Origin: Oligoflexia bacterium | GTDB lineage: Bacteria; Bdellovibrionota; UBA1018 | NCBI GenBank assembly: GCA_963758495.1 | Contig: CAVWVI010000004.1 | Coordinates: 32,001 to 96,000 of the forward strand | Direction of reading: 5' to 3' | Length of the DNA: 64,000 nucleotides | Part shown: one piece after another, positions 19,242-28,995 of the stretch | Numbering within the stretch: the stretch's first letter is position 1 | Layout of the letters: each line of letters opens with the position of its first letter | Notes under the pieces: generated by a model | What the model saw: the letters and a program-made list of their open reading frames with translations, nothing else | What the model was told of the DNA's origin: nothing | Databases searched by the model: none | Translations under genes and position numbers: made by a program

Positions 19242-19924
19242 GTGATAGTTGTTCAGCCTTGTATTTCAGAGAAGCTAGATACGCCGACCGCAAGAACCGT
19301 GACCGCTTCCCAGACGGCCTCATTGCAAGAAGTAGAACGAGCCCTTCGTCAGGTAAGTGACTCCAAGGTGAAACTCTCGAATCCTGCATGGGTATCTCGA
19401 TATCGAGTACACCATCGCCTGGCTAAACAATACGGCGTCAATCGAGTCTTTTTAGCAGATGACGTGGCACATATTCATAGCCCGGCAGGAGGCCAGGGAA
19501 TGAACACGGGACTTCAAGACGCCGCAAACCTCGTTTGGAAATTAGTACTCGCGATACGAGGGCACGATCCACTGAAACTCCTTGCTACATACAATTCCGA
19601 ACGACGCCCCATCGGAGAGAACCTCTTGGCGTCAACGGATCGAATTTTTGGAATGGTGAGCTCACCGTCAAGATGGGGCTTAGTGGTTCGAAACGTGGTA
19701 TTCTTGGACGTCGTCTGTCCCAACATCATCCTAGAATGATTGACGCTATCTCGACGGAGATTTTTTACCGTTATGGATTGGACGACCCAAATGGAACAGG
19801 CCTATATCTGGTCCGACCCGATGGACATATTGCCTTTCAAACTTCAGGACTGAGAGTGAGCGAGTTTCAGAAATTCCTTGCCAGATTTTCTGCCGGGAAG
19901 ATGACAGGCAAGACTGCGGCTTGA
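19242..19924 (+). pseudogene. FAD-dependent monooxygenase remnant
   Basis: RVFLADDVAHIHSPAGGQGMNTGLQDA and LVRPDGHI in different frames; N-terminus absent. Confidence 0.8.
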
Positions 19925-19935
19925 AGCAGTCAGCA

Positions 19936-21402
19936 TCATTTCTTGAGTTTGCCCAGTTCGTAATTTCCTCGTGGCTTTTGCAACGTCTCTGCATAAACCC
20001 GCCAGAAAAGAGCCGCAACATACCCGCGCCACGGACTCATTTTTTCAATGACTTCGCTCGGATGTTTCTCTAGGGCTCTAGCCAATATCAAGTCGCTTGA
20101 CGGAAAGGTGTCCGTGTTACGCAAGGCTTTGAGGGCCATATACTGTGCGGTCCATGGCCCAATGCCTTTAATGGTCGATACCTTTTTTATGAATTCATCA
20201 ACATCTTGAGTCGGTTCCAATGAAATTCGGTCTTCGCTGACAGCTTTACAGAAATCAACGAGGGTTTGCTTCCGGGCACCCGTAGTCTTCAAGCTTGTTA
20301 AATCTGCTTCAATGATGGTCCTTGCCGAAGGAAAGAGCTTCACGGCTTTTCCGTCGACGACTAGGTTTGACTCTTGGCCTGCTATTTCGATCAGGTCGTG
20401 AACCAAAACACGACCACGGTCTACGCTGACAAGCTGGCCAAGGATGGCTGAAATAGCGATCTCGAACGAATCCCACCCAGAAGGGAGACGAACGCCTAGA
20501 TTTCGCTTGAGAAGCTTTTTGAGCTCAGCATCTGATTCAATTGCGTTTGCGACAACCACCGGATCTGAGTTTAGATCGAAGAGATTCCTCACCCGCATAA
20601 TGATCATATGAATGATGGACGTGTCGGGAAAGTCGATCTCGACAACTAGCGATGAATTTATCGGGTCATTGGAGATCGCAATCTGTCCGACCTTTCCGTT
20701 CATTGTTACCACTCGGTGCATCTTTCCATTTTCAAACCACTCCAGATTTCCCATGCGATGGCTTTCGTAGGACTTCATAAGCCCCTCGAAGTCAAACGGT
20801 GGCCGATAAGGCACAAGAATCTTTAATCCTTCACCAACAGCCAAGGCACTTTTATTACGACGGGTTTCGCTCGGGCTATTTTTGAAACGCTCTTTGAACG
20901 CGTCGTTGAATCTGCGAATAGAGGAAAAACCGGAAGCAAAAGCAATTTCTGTGATGGAAAGGGCGGTCTCATTGATGAGCTTTCTGGCAAGATTCAAACG
21001 ATTTTCAAAAGAGAGCTGTTTAGGAGTTTTTCCGATCTCCTCTACGAACAGACGCCTAAGATGCCTGGCTGTTACGCCAAACTGATCGGCAAAACGGTCT
21101 TCATTAAAGTCGATTGTGTCTTGTGAATTTAGGATTTTTATAGCTCTTTGAACAACCGCCGACTTCCCGACCCATGCGGGCGACTGTGGTGCACTTTCGG
21201 GGCGGCATCTCATGCATGGGCGATAGCCCGCCTTCTCGGCTTCAAGGTGGGACTGAAAAAACTCAACGTTTTCTCTCTTTGGTTTTGCAGGACATATTGG
21301 ACGACAGTAGATACCTGTAGTTTTAACGCCGACGAAAAACTTCCCGTCGAATCGATAGTCCCTTGCCAACATCGCCTGGAAATAAATGTCCTCGCGCTTC
21401 AT
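19936..21402 (-). CDS. alkA: Ada-AraC/AlkA DNA-3-methyladenine glycosylase
   Basis: GIYCRPIC, RPCMRCRP, AraC HTH, GIGPWTAQY, PWRGY. Confidence 0.92.
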   Translation of the reverse strand: MKREDIYFQAMLARDYRFDGKFFVGVKTTGIYCRPICPAKPKRENVEFFQSHLEAEKAGYRPCMRCRPESAPQSPAWVGKSAVVQRAIKILNSQDTIDFNEDRFADQFGVTARHLRRLFVEEIGKTPKQLSFENRLNLARKLINETALSITEIAFASGFSSIRRFNDAFKERFKNSPSETRRNKSALAVGEGLKILVPYRPPFDFEGLMKSYESHRMGNLEWFENGKMHRVVTMNGKVGQIAISNDPINSSLVVEIDFPDTSIIHMIIMRVRNLFDLNSDPVVVANAIESDAELKKLLKRNLGVRLPSGWDSFEIAISAILGQLVSVDRGRVLVHDLIEIAGQESNLVVDGKAVKLFPSARTIIEADLTSLKTTGARKQTLVDFCKAVSEDRISLEPTQDVDEFIKKVSTIKGIGPWTAQYMALKALRNTDTFPSSDLILARALEKHPSEVIEKMSPWRGYVAALFWRVYAETLQKPRGNYELGKLKK

Positions 21403-21523
21403 AAAACCATTGTGACCTATGCTCTCAATTGATGCTAGCTGTTTTCGGACATGATCATTTCTTGGAGAAAACCCATATATTTCTTAGAAATAGAGAAATT
21501 ATAGAAGAACCGCTTATTAAGAG

Positions 21524-22222
21524 TTAGGCAGAGTAATGGTGCACGCGAACCTTCTCTTCCGTGACAAGAAAGCCTTGAAGTAGAGGGCGTACTTGATCTA
21601 AAAGTTGATGGACCCGTTCCTCTGTATCTACGATTTCCAGAATAACCGGTAAATCCGTCGACAGTCGAAGAAGCTTATCCTTATGAATGATACTGCTTGC
21701 TCCAAATCCAGAAATTCCACGTAGAATCGTACATCCCGCAATTCCGAGCGAATGCGCTCTTTCGAGAATCACAAAATGGAGGGGCTTATGCCCAATCTTG
21801 TCTGACTCTCCTACATAGATCCGCAATAAAATTTGATCTCCATCGAGAACTCTGTGTTCACGTTGCATTTGCTCTACATTCTGATGTGAATAATAATGAA
21901 CATAAACTGTCTCCTCAGTAACTAAAGATCCCTGAAGCATCGGCTTCACGACTTCAAGGTATTTTTGAATTCTTTCAGCCTCGTCTATACACTCAACCAA
22001 AATGGGGCGTTCTCCAGCTCCTTCCATGGCCATTTCGGTGTGGATAGAGCGACCGGCGCCATATCCTTCAAATGCTCGAAAGACCGTGCAACCCGCCAAA
22101 TCCGTTGCTCTCGCGTGGTCAATTAGGCTCTGATAAAGTGAATGATGATGATATTTATCAAAATCACCTATAAAGATTCGTAATAGTGAATGCACTCCAC
22201 TGTGAAGATTACGATGACTCAT
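21524..22222 (-). CDS. Tandem DUF190 (PII-like) protein
   Basis: Two repeats of LLRI..G..D...LAG.T..R...G.G. Confidence 0.85.
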   Translation of the reverse strand: MSHRNLHSGVHSLLRIFIGDFDKYHHHSLYQSLIDHARATDLAGCTVFRAFEGYGAGRSIHTEMAMEGAGERPILVECIDEAERIQKYLEVVKPMLQGSLVTEETVYVHYYSHQNVEQMQREHRVLDGDQILLRIYVGESDKIGHKPLHFVILERAHSLGIAGCTILRGISGFGASSIIHKDKLLRLSTDLPVILEIVDTEERVHQLLDQVRPLLQGFLVTEEKVRVHHYSA

Positions 22223-22306
22223 GCTGTCCCTCCGCTAATGAGTCGCCTTATAAGATACATCTCGCAAAAGGTAGACCCAAAACCTAAAGGTGATTGATCT
22301 TTCAAT

Positions 22307-23443
22307 TCAGATCAGCACTTTCGAGAGCATTTTTACTAGTTCGCGGATGGGAATTTCGACGAGCATGAGTAACAACAAGGGAAAGACGATGAGTGTGACT
22401 AGGCCAAGGAAGCAACTACGGTTCATGAGAAAAGGAGTCATCTTCTCGACATTGCTATAGCTACTGTTCAGGTCACAATCAGTGCTGATATCCTGATTTC
22501 CAAGTGGGCTTGGGCCGGAGATAGCCGACACATTCGACCAGTGATTCTCGAAATCGAGTGCAAATCGCGACCCGAAGTGCCCATAACTCTTGAGACCCTT
22601 TTTTTTTGCGACTATCAGGGATGGGGTAAACGAGGACAAAGGGAGAAAATATACGAGGCAACTGATCACAAAATATGCACAAAGACTGGGTACGAATTCC
22701 GTAAGATGGTGCCCTTCTTGTAATACAAGCTTCGCCACATTAGCCGCGAGCACGATCGAAATTGCGGTTGCAACCAATCCGAAAGCCAGATGCTGCGAAA
22801 GTAAGAAGCCCAATCCACCTGCGCGATCCGGGTGATGACTCTGCGGCCTAATGCTGGATTTTGCAATGAGTAGAAGGAAATACGACCAGAGGATATATTT
22901 CCATATCCACCGTAGAAGAATAAAATTATAAGCTAGAAGACTTATCCAGCGATACCAGAATTGTTCGAGGGCGTTGACGGCCCTTAAGGGTGGCATGTAC
23001 TTTAGAATAGCCAAAGTCATACAAAAAATAACAACATCGGCGATCTTCGAGCGCACCAAGGTCCGGATTCGGACGACTGCACGCATGGCAAGAGCTGCAT
23101 TTTCGGATTGCACCAATCCTCGTTCGAGAAATTCGGGTATCAGTCCGCGCATGCTTTTTTCGATGGGCTCTTCCAAGATGATCAACATCACCATAGCCAG
23201 CAGGAATCTGAAGTGGATGGGAAAGTTCTGAATGACCGTGACTTGGAAATCATGCTTGCCACCGATGAGAGATAGGACCATGAGTGGTAGCCACGTTAGG
23301 GTAATCCAGAAAAGAACCCGACGAGGAAGTCGGTCTTTAAGCTTGGCTTGCTTCAGTAACTGATCCATCCTATCTCCAGAGAAAAGAGTGAGGGATGGCA
23401 GGACGGCAGGTGGGGTCGTATTGAACTCACGCTTCTGCTGCAT
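22307..23443 (-). CDS. Polytopic membrane protein of unknown function
   Basis: Multiple TM segments; HPDRAGGLGFL motif. Confidence 0.7.
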   Translation of the reverse strand: MQQKREFNTTPPAVLPSLTLFSGDRMDQLLKQAKLKDRLPRRVLFWITLTWLPLMVLSLIGGKHDFQVTVIQNFPIHFRFLLAMVMLIILEEPIEKSMRGLIPEFLERGLVQSENAALAMRAVVRIRTLVRSKIADVVIFCMTLAILKYMPPLRAVNALEQFWYRWISLLAYNFILLRWIWKYILWSYFLLLIAKSSIRPQSHHPDRAGGLGFLLSQHLAFGLVATAISIVLAANVAKLVLQEGHHLTEFVPSLCAYFVISCLVYFLPLSSFTPSLIVAKKKGLKSYGHFGSRFALDFENHWSNVSAISGPSPLGNQDISTDCDLNSSYSNVEKMTPFLMNRSCFLGLVTLIVFPLLLLMLVEIPIRELVKMLSKVLI

Positions 23444-23606
23444 TGGGTCTCCTTTTGAGGAAGTAAACAGCTACTTGGTTTTTTTCGTGACTTAAGAAAG
23501 TGCAAAGTGCGAACCGGTAAATGATACTCAGCGGAGACTCCGAGTCCGTAATTTGCATCACTGAATCTCGGACAGTTAAAAAATAGGACGGAATCAGGAG
23601 GCAACG

Positions 23607-24134
23607 ATGAAACCAGCAGCGGTCGTCATCCCAAAACATGACGACAGCTTGGAAAAAGGGAAGTACGGCCCCATTTGGCGCAAAACTCCTGCTTGTTACG
23701 GATTTACTCTCATTGCGAACGTCAAAGTCGGAAAAGCTGATGTCATTCGTAGCTATGGAAACAAGCTAGCGAAGGCCCTAGAAACCGACCCTGAATTACT
23801 TGCTCCGCTCAAGCTCCACTACCTACGCTGGGTACTCTTCGACAACGACACTCGTTTTATGTACCAAGGAATTTTTGACACGAATTTCGATAAATACACC
23901 GAGGATGCGGTAGCTCTCTTCAAGAAGGCTGGCGTCGATACGGTCTTCGAAAATCTCGAAGACTTTCCAATGGACTGGAAGACGAACCCTGAGGCATTTA
24001 TCAAGTTTGTCCGAGACCACCACTGTCCGAGCTTCATCGAGTATGGTGAGTATCCCTATGTTTCTTCCGACGAGATCAAAAAAGCTCTCAAAATCAAGGA
24101 AGCCTTCTCCGTAATACTCGATCAACTGCAATGA
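23607..24134 (+). CDS. Conserved hypothetical protein, Dyp-associated
   Basis: LHYLRWVLFD..FDT.FDKY; first gene of three-gene run. Confidence 0.75.
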   Translation: MKPAAVVIPKHDDSLEKGKYGPIWRKTPACYGFTLIANVKVGKADVIRSYGNKLAKALETDPELLAPLKLHYLRWVLFDNDTRFMYQGIFDTNFDKYTEDAVALFKKAGVDTVFENLEDFPMDWKTNPEAFIKFVRDHHCPSFIEYGEYPYVSSDEIKKALKIKEAFSVILDQLQ

Positions 24135-24158
24135 TGTCCTCGCGCCAAGGAGACAGTC

Positions 24159-25235
24159 ATGAAAGAACCTGCACGAACTTATAACCAAAATCACGTGCCG
24201 AGAAAATACATTCCCAATCAACGCCGAGTAAGTATCTACATTTCTTGGAGCTACCCCGCGGAAGCTAATCACGATGTGACCGAGATGGATAACCGTTTCT
24301 CAACCATGACCGAAGTGCGAAGGGTGCTCTGGCCAGAATATGAGTCCCCCCGGTTTGCGGATCCAATGATGTTTCAACAGGGAATCGCTGGATCTCTTGA
24401 GCTATTCTTCTGGGCTTGGGTGCGGTTTCAGGATGTCGTTAGAGAGACGACAGGATATCCAGTCCCTGTGTTTCAGCGAGTCGACCAGGCGGGTTTTCCT
24501 CTTCCTCTTGACGAGCGCGTGCTTGGTGATGCTGATACTCTCATGGTGTTTGGTTTGGACCATCGAGTTACAGAGCAGGAAGCGTCCTCGGAAGAGATCG
24601 AGGCTGTTCGAGAGTTTCTCAAACGAGAAGGGACCTGCTTAGTCATTGGCCCACATCACGATGTCGGAGCCTCTCCCGATCTGAAGGAGCGCGCCATTGA
24701 ATATGCCCACCATGGTGACGCATTAGTACCCCGTCAACAGCGATTCGGGCTCTACACACGCTCACTTATGAAGGGACTCGGAATTCCCGTCGAGAACCGA
24801 TACGGCCTTCGTCCAGCTTTGGCGTCTTCTGCCCCCAGCTCTCCCGGAACAAACCGAGTCGCTCCTCTGAATATTGCGAGAGACCTGGATACACGAGGTT
24901 GGCTTGATGGAGTCACGAACTTCAATTTTCACCCTCATCTCCCCCACTATGCAGTAACTCTATCAGACGTACAATCCATCCACGTTCTTGCCAAGCAGCC
25001 GATCAATTTGTCCAAACCGCATCCATTTACTTTGGCGGGAAACACTGAGTTCAACTCTCTAGTTTGGATATCACCCAAAGCCGACAGAGCTGGCGACGTG
25101 TTGGTAGCTGATTCCACGATCTTTAGCACCTTGTTCGGACAGGATGAGAGTCTGGAACGATTTTGGAAGAATATCGCGACAGCCCGAGAAGGAAGGAAAA
25201 GACATGGACTCCAAAGAGGCCATCGTGCAGCTTGA
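24159..25235 (+). CDS. Conserved hypothetical protein, Dyp-associated
   Basis: Long ORF with GPHHDVG, HHGD, HPHLPH; overlaps Dyp start. Confidence 0.75.
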   Translation: MKEPARTYNQNHVPRKYIPNQRRVSIYISWSYPAEANHDVTEMDNRFSTMTEVRRVLWPEYESPRFADPMMFQQGIAGSLELFFWAWVRFQDVVRETTGYPVPVFQRVDQAGFPLPLDERVLGDADTLMVFGLDHRVTEQEASSEEIEAVREFLKREGTCLVIGPHHDVGASPDLKERAIEYAHHGDALVPRQQRFGLYTRSLMKGLGIPVENRYGLRPALASSAPSSPGTNRVAPLNIARDLDTRGWLDGVTNFNFHPHLPHYAVTLSDVQSIHVLAKQPINLSKPHPFTLAGNTEFNSLVWISPKADRAGDVLVADSTIFSTLFGQDESLERFWKNIATAREGRKRHGLQRGHRAA

Positions 25236-26550
25236 ACTGGACGATATCCAGAGTGGAGTTTTACGTCCCCGTCCCAATCCATACGCTGCGACTTATATTC
25301 TTATTAGAATTGATGACCGCAAAGCGGGACAAGAACTCATGCGTCGCCTAAGTACGGTGGTGGCCTCGACGGCTCATACGACAAGCCCGGCTGGCGACAC
25401 TTGGCTCAGTGCCATGCTGACCTTTGAGGGGCTCAAAAGGCTTAAAGTACCACAAGCGTCGCTTGACAGCTTTTCCTGGGAATTTAGACAAGGAATGGCC
25501 AATCGGGCTGATGCTCTGGGAGACACAGGTGAAAGCAGTCCCGAGTATTGGGAAAAACCACTCGGGACTCCGGAAGTCCACGTAGTGCTTGTCGCCCTCG
25601 CGCCAGATTCCAAGCGTCTGGAATGGGCGATAGAGGGGGCACGCAAAGCGTTCAAAGAACTGCCGGGTGTTGTCCCTATTTGGCGCCAAGACTGTCATGC
25701 ACCACCTCATCAGCGGGAGCCTTTCGGATTTCGCGACGGCATCAGTCATCCCGCCATCGAAGGAAGCGGTATTCCCGGAAGCAATCCTCAAGAGAAGCCG
25801 CTCAAAGCAGGTGAATTCGTCTTGGGATATCCAGATGAGATGGGAGATTCTCCTCCCATACCGCAACCAGATAGACTGGGGCGAAACGGAACCTATGTCG
25901 CTTTTCGTAAATTGCATCAGCGAGTGGCCGCATTTCGTCAGTATTTAAAAGAGAATTCTTCGAACTCAGACGAGGAAGAATGGATAGCAGCCAAGATGAT
26001 GGGACGTTGGCGAAGTGGCGCACCCTTGGCTCTTTGCCCGTTCCACGACGATGACGATGACGAATCCGACTTGGGAGCCGATCCACGACGCAACAACGAC
26101 TTTCTCTATCAACAAGACACGACAGGATACCAAACCCCGTTAGGGTCTCACATTCGAAGAGCAAATCCACGAGACTCATCGGTGGCAGGTGTAGTGAGAC
26201 TGCATCGAATGATCCGTCGTGGCACGGCTTACGGTCCGCCTCTTCCCGAAGGTACGTTGGAAGACGATGGCGCTGATCGTGGACTCATGTTCGCCTTTGT
26301 CGGCGCCCATCTAGGAAGGCAATTTGAATTCGTACAGTCGGAATGGGTCAACAGCGGGGAATTTCTTGGGCTTGGAGACGTAAAAGATCCTGTCGCCGGT
26401 GCACAGGAAAGAGAGGGAACCTTTTCAATTCCGAGTCGGCCAATACCAAAGCGTTTACGAGGGTTGAGTCGATTCGTGATCACCCGGGGCGGTGACTATT
26501 GTTTCATGCCAGGATTACATGCCTTGCGCTGGCTTTCAGAGCTCAAATGA
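25204..26550 (+). CDS. Dyp-type peroxidase
   Basis: FGFRDGISHP, GSHIRRANPR, RRG, QFEFVQ, GGDYCFMPG. Confidence 0.9.
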   Translation: MDSKEAIVQLELDDIQSGVLRPRPNPYAATYILIRIDDRKAGQELMRRLSTVVASTAHTTSPAGDTWLSAMLTFEGLKRLKVPQASLDSFSWEFRQGMANRADALGDTGESSPEYWEKPLGTPEVHVVLVALAPDSKRLEWAIEGARKAFKELPGVVPIWRQDCHAPPHQREPFGFRDGISHPAIEGSGIPGSNPQEKPLKAGEFVLGYPDEMGDSPPIPQPDRLGRNGTYVAFRKLHQRVAAFRQYLKENSSNSDEEEWIAAKMMGRWRSGAPLALCPFHDDDDDESDLGADPRRNNDFLYQQDTTGYQTPLGSHIRRANPRDSSVAGVVRLHRMIRRGTAYGPPLPEGTLEDDGADRGLMFAFVGAHLGRQFEFVQSEWVNSGEFLGLGDVKDPVAGAQEREGTFSIPSRPIPKRLRGLSRFVITRGGDYCFMPGLHALRWLSELK

Positions 26551-26596
26551 TCGAGATGATTCATACTGTCCCTCCGTACTTCAAGAGAGCTAAACC

Positions 26597-27043
26597 TCAA
26601 AGCTCAATCGAAAACCATTTTTGAAGGGTTGCTGGGCCCAATTGATCGTAAACATAGGATGAGAAACGACTCAACTCTTCTTCAAATTGTTCCATTGGAA
26701 TGGCAATTAGATCTTCGTCATCCGTTGGGTAGTGATGACGGAACTTGCCGAAATAGGTCTGACAAAAATCAGAATAATCCGGAGTAAATAGTATGAATGT
26801 ATGCCACATGTGATCGATGTTCACCATTTCTTCGTGGATTGCACATTTGAATTTGAGCGATTCATCTTCAGGCCTAATTTTGACATCGAGAGAATGCTTC
26901 TCTCCGAGCCACAAAAACTTCAACATTTCGGTAAATAAGTCCTGAGCTTGTTCAGCTTTCTCTGGAAAGTCTTTTTTAAAACGTCGAACGATCTTCGGGT
27001 TTTGGTAGGCTAGTATTTCCGTAAGCGTTGGGCATTTTGACAT
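26597..27043 (-). CDS. Glycine-rich-domain (GRDP/DUF1399)-like protein
   Basis: IDHMWHTFILFT.DY..FC..YFG.F.HH.P motif. Confidence 0.7.
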   Translation of the reverse strand: MSKCPTLTEILAYQNPKIVRRFKKDFPEKAEQAQDLFTEMLKFLWLGEKHSLDVKIRPEDESLKFKCAIHEEMVNIDHMWHTFILFTPDYSDFCQTYFGKFRHHYPTDDEDLIAIPMEQFEEELSRFSSYVYDQLGPATLQKWFSIEL

Positions 27044-27067
27044 AATATATTTAATATGAATAAATAG

Positions 27068-27099
27068 CCCCAGGGCTGCCTTTCGACTCAGCCCTGGGG
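27068..27099 (-). terminator. 11-bp GC-rich hairpin after small peptide gene
   Basis: CCCCAGGGCTG-N10-CAGCCCTGGGG; weak U-tract. Confidence 0.55.
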
Positions 27100-27106
27100 A
27101 GAAATA

Positions 27107-27193
27107 CTAATAACAATAAAAATAGCAATAAAGAGCCTTCTCTGTTTGAAGGCGTTTCTTTTCTAAGATTTTAGTAATGAGTGCTGACTTCAT
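27107..27193 (-). CDS. 28-aa peptide MKSALITKILEKKRLQTEKALYCYFYCY (candidate RiPP precursor or leader)
   Basis: Strong RBS GAGGAGGA upstream of ATG; below ORF-track cut-off. Confidence 0.7.
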   Translation of the reverse strand: MKSALITKILEKKRLQTEKALYCYFYCY

Positions 27194-27319
27194 GTATCCT
27201 CCTCAATTTCTAAGTCCATTAATTTTTAACTCCGTTTGATGCGAGATGGATGCATGAGTAATGCCGAAGTGAGTTAAGCTGCCTAGTAAGACTCCAGTGC
27301 CATTTTCCTAGGGTCCTCA

Positions 27320-27928
27320 TCAAGCCTTTGTGGCAACAACTGCGACCACTGCAACGGGCTTCATCATCTTCCTTTCAATTTGGATATTCTTAAGTCCAGC
27401 TTGGCGCAATGATTCCGCAATTTCGTTGCCTTTTGCAAACGCATCCTCATCGGTTGCACCAGGATATCTTGGCAGATAGGCAGTCACAACCTCTCCGCCT
27501 GATTTCAATAAGCTACGCAGTCTCCCAAAAATCGAACCTGGGCTCTCCCAAAACTGAACAACATTCACGGAGTATATTTTGTCAAATAGGCCGAGGGTGT
27601 TGTCTAGTTCGCCTGCCGACCCTAAAAAAAGCTTCAGTTTCTCTTTTCTAATTAACTCTTTGTTACGACGGGTAGCCTGATTGAGCATGACTATTGAATG
27701 ATCAATTCCAACAACTTCAGCGGCGATTTTAGCGGCCTTTCCTATAGCGATGCCAGGTCCAAACCCAATTTCTAGAATTCGATCTGTCGGCTTGATTTTA
27801 AGAAGTGAGAGAGTCCAATCGCTTCGTTCGATATTAGATCGACGAGTGGCCATGATATGGCCAATTAACCTACCCAATATGCCATACGGCTTTTCAAATT
27901 GACCACTCACGTGATGGAAAATATTCAT
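27320..27928 (-). CDS. Class I SAM-dependent methyltransferase
   Basis: ILEIGFGPG motif I; FDKIYSVN. Confidence 0.88.
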   Translation of the reverse strand: MNIFHHVSGQFEKPYGILGRLIGHIMATRRSNIERSDWTLSLLKIKPTDRILEIGFGPGIAIGKAAKIAAEVVGIDHSIVMLNQATRRNKELIRKEKLKLFLGSAGELDNTLGLFDKIYSVNVVQFWESPGSIFGRLRSLLKSGGEVVTAYLPRYPGATDEDAFAKGNEIAESLRQAGLKNIQIERKMMKPVAVVAVVATKA

Positions 27929-28080
27929 AGACTCTCACCTCATGCAAAATCGGCGTAGTGTGCTTCCATCGATTTCAAAGTCATCCGACTCATGCTCCCT
28001 TGTTTTTCTTTTTATTTTTGCTTAATCCTTAAGTGAGTTCTTTCTATTCCACCATTCAGAAATAATAAGGAATGTAGCTC

Positions 28081-28965
28081 ATGATTGACTCGACTCCAGA
28101 TCACAGCAAGATCAGTCCGACTGCAAAAATAGTCGCCTATTGGCGCCAGTTTAGCGACATACCTTTTGCTCATGAAGTAGCCAAAATGGTGCGTGCCGAC
28201 GAGATCTTTAAAACATTTCTTGAAGATTCACACTGGGTCGTCGAAGACATATCTTGGTTTGCCATGATGATTGAGGCGCGGTATAAAAGCATGGTCAACG
28301 CCATCCGACGCGAAAATATTAAGCAGGTCTTGGAACTAGCAAGTGGTGTTTCCCTCCGAGGCTTTGCGATGACTTCAGATCCAGAAATGATCTATGTTGA
28401 AACAGATTTGCCTGAGATCTCTTCTGAGAAGATAGCAATTATCCAAAGTATACGAGAAAAAAAGAACATCCCAGAGAGAGCCAACCTTTTTTTTAACGAA
28501 CTGAATGTCCTGAATTTGATTGAATTCGAAAAAGCCACCCGTCCCTTTCTTGCTAGTAGCCCGATCGCAATTATTCACGAGGGATTATTCCAGTATCTTT
28601 CCATTGAAGAGAAAAGACTGGCAGCTACCCATATTCATATTGTTCTCGAAAGATTTGGTGGTGTATGGCTGACACCTGATCTGACCACCAAAAGTGACAT
28701 TGATATGCGACAGCATCCTTCTGCGACTATGAAAAAAATTACAGAAAATGTTCAAAAAACGACTCAAAGAGATTTTAGGGAATTAGCTTTTGAAAACGAA
28801 ACCCATATTCAGGAATTTTTCAACGAACTTGGGTTTAAAATCCAAGAATCCTCACAGATTGACAATACCTTTGCACTGACCTCAGTTAAGAAACTGAATA
28901 TCTCGCAAGATATTGTTAATTCTTACTCGAATAATCTTAAGATTTGGAGCCTGCGAGTAAAATAA
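28081..28965 (+). CDS. SAM-dependent methyltransferase (leucine-carboxyl-MTase-like)
   Basis: QVLELASG, YVETDLP, EGLFQYL. Confidence 0.75.
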   Translation: MIDSTPDHSKISPTAKIVAYWRQFSDIPFAHEVAKMVRADEIFKTFLEDSHWVVEDISWFAMMIEARYKSMVNAIRRENIKQVLELASGVSLRGFAMTSDPEMIYVETDLPEISSEKIAIIQSIREKKNIPERANLFFNELNVLNLIEFEKATRPFLASSPIAIIHEGLFQYLSIEEKRLAATHIHIVLERFGGVWLTPDLTTKSDIDMRQHPSATMKKITENVQKTTQRDFRELAFENETHIQEFFNELGFKIQESSQIDNTFALTSVKKLNISQDIVNSYSNNLKIWSLRVK

Positions 28966-28995
28966 TTTCCATCAAACTATCTAGATCGTTTGGGT

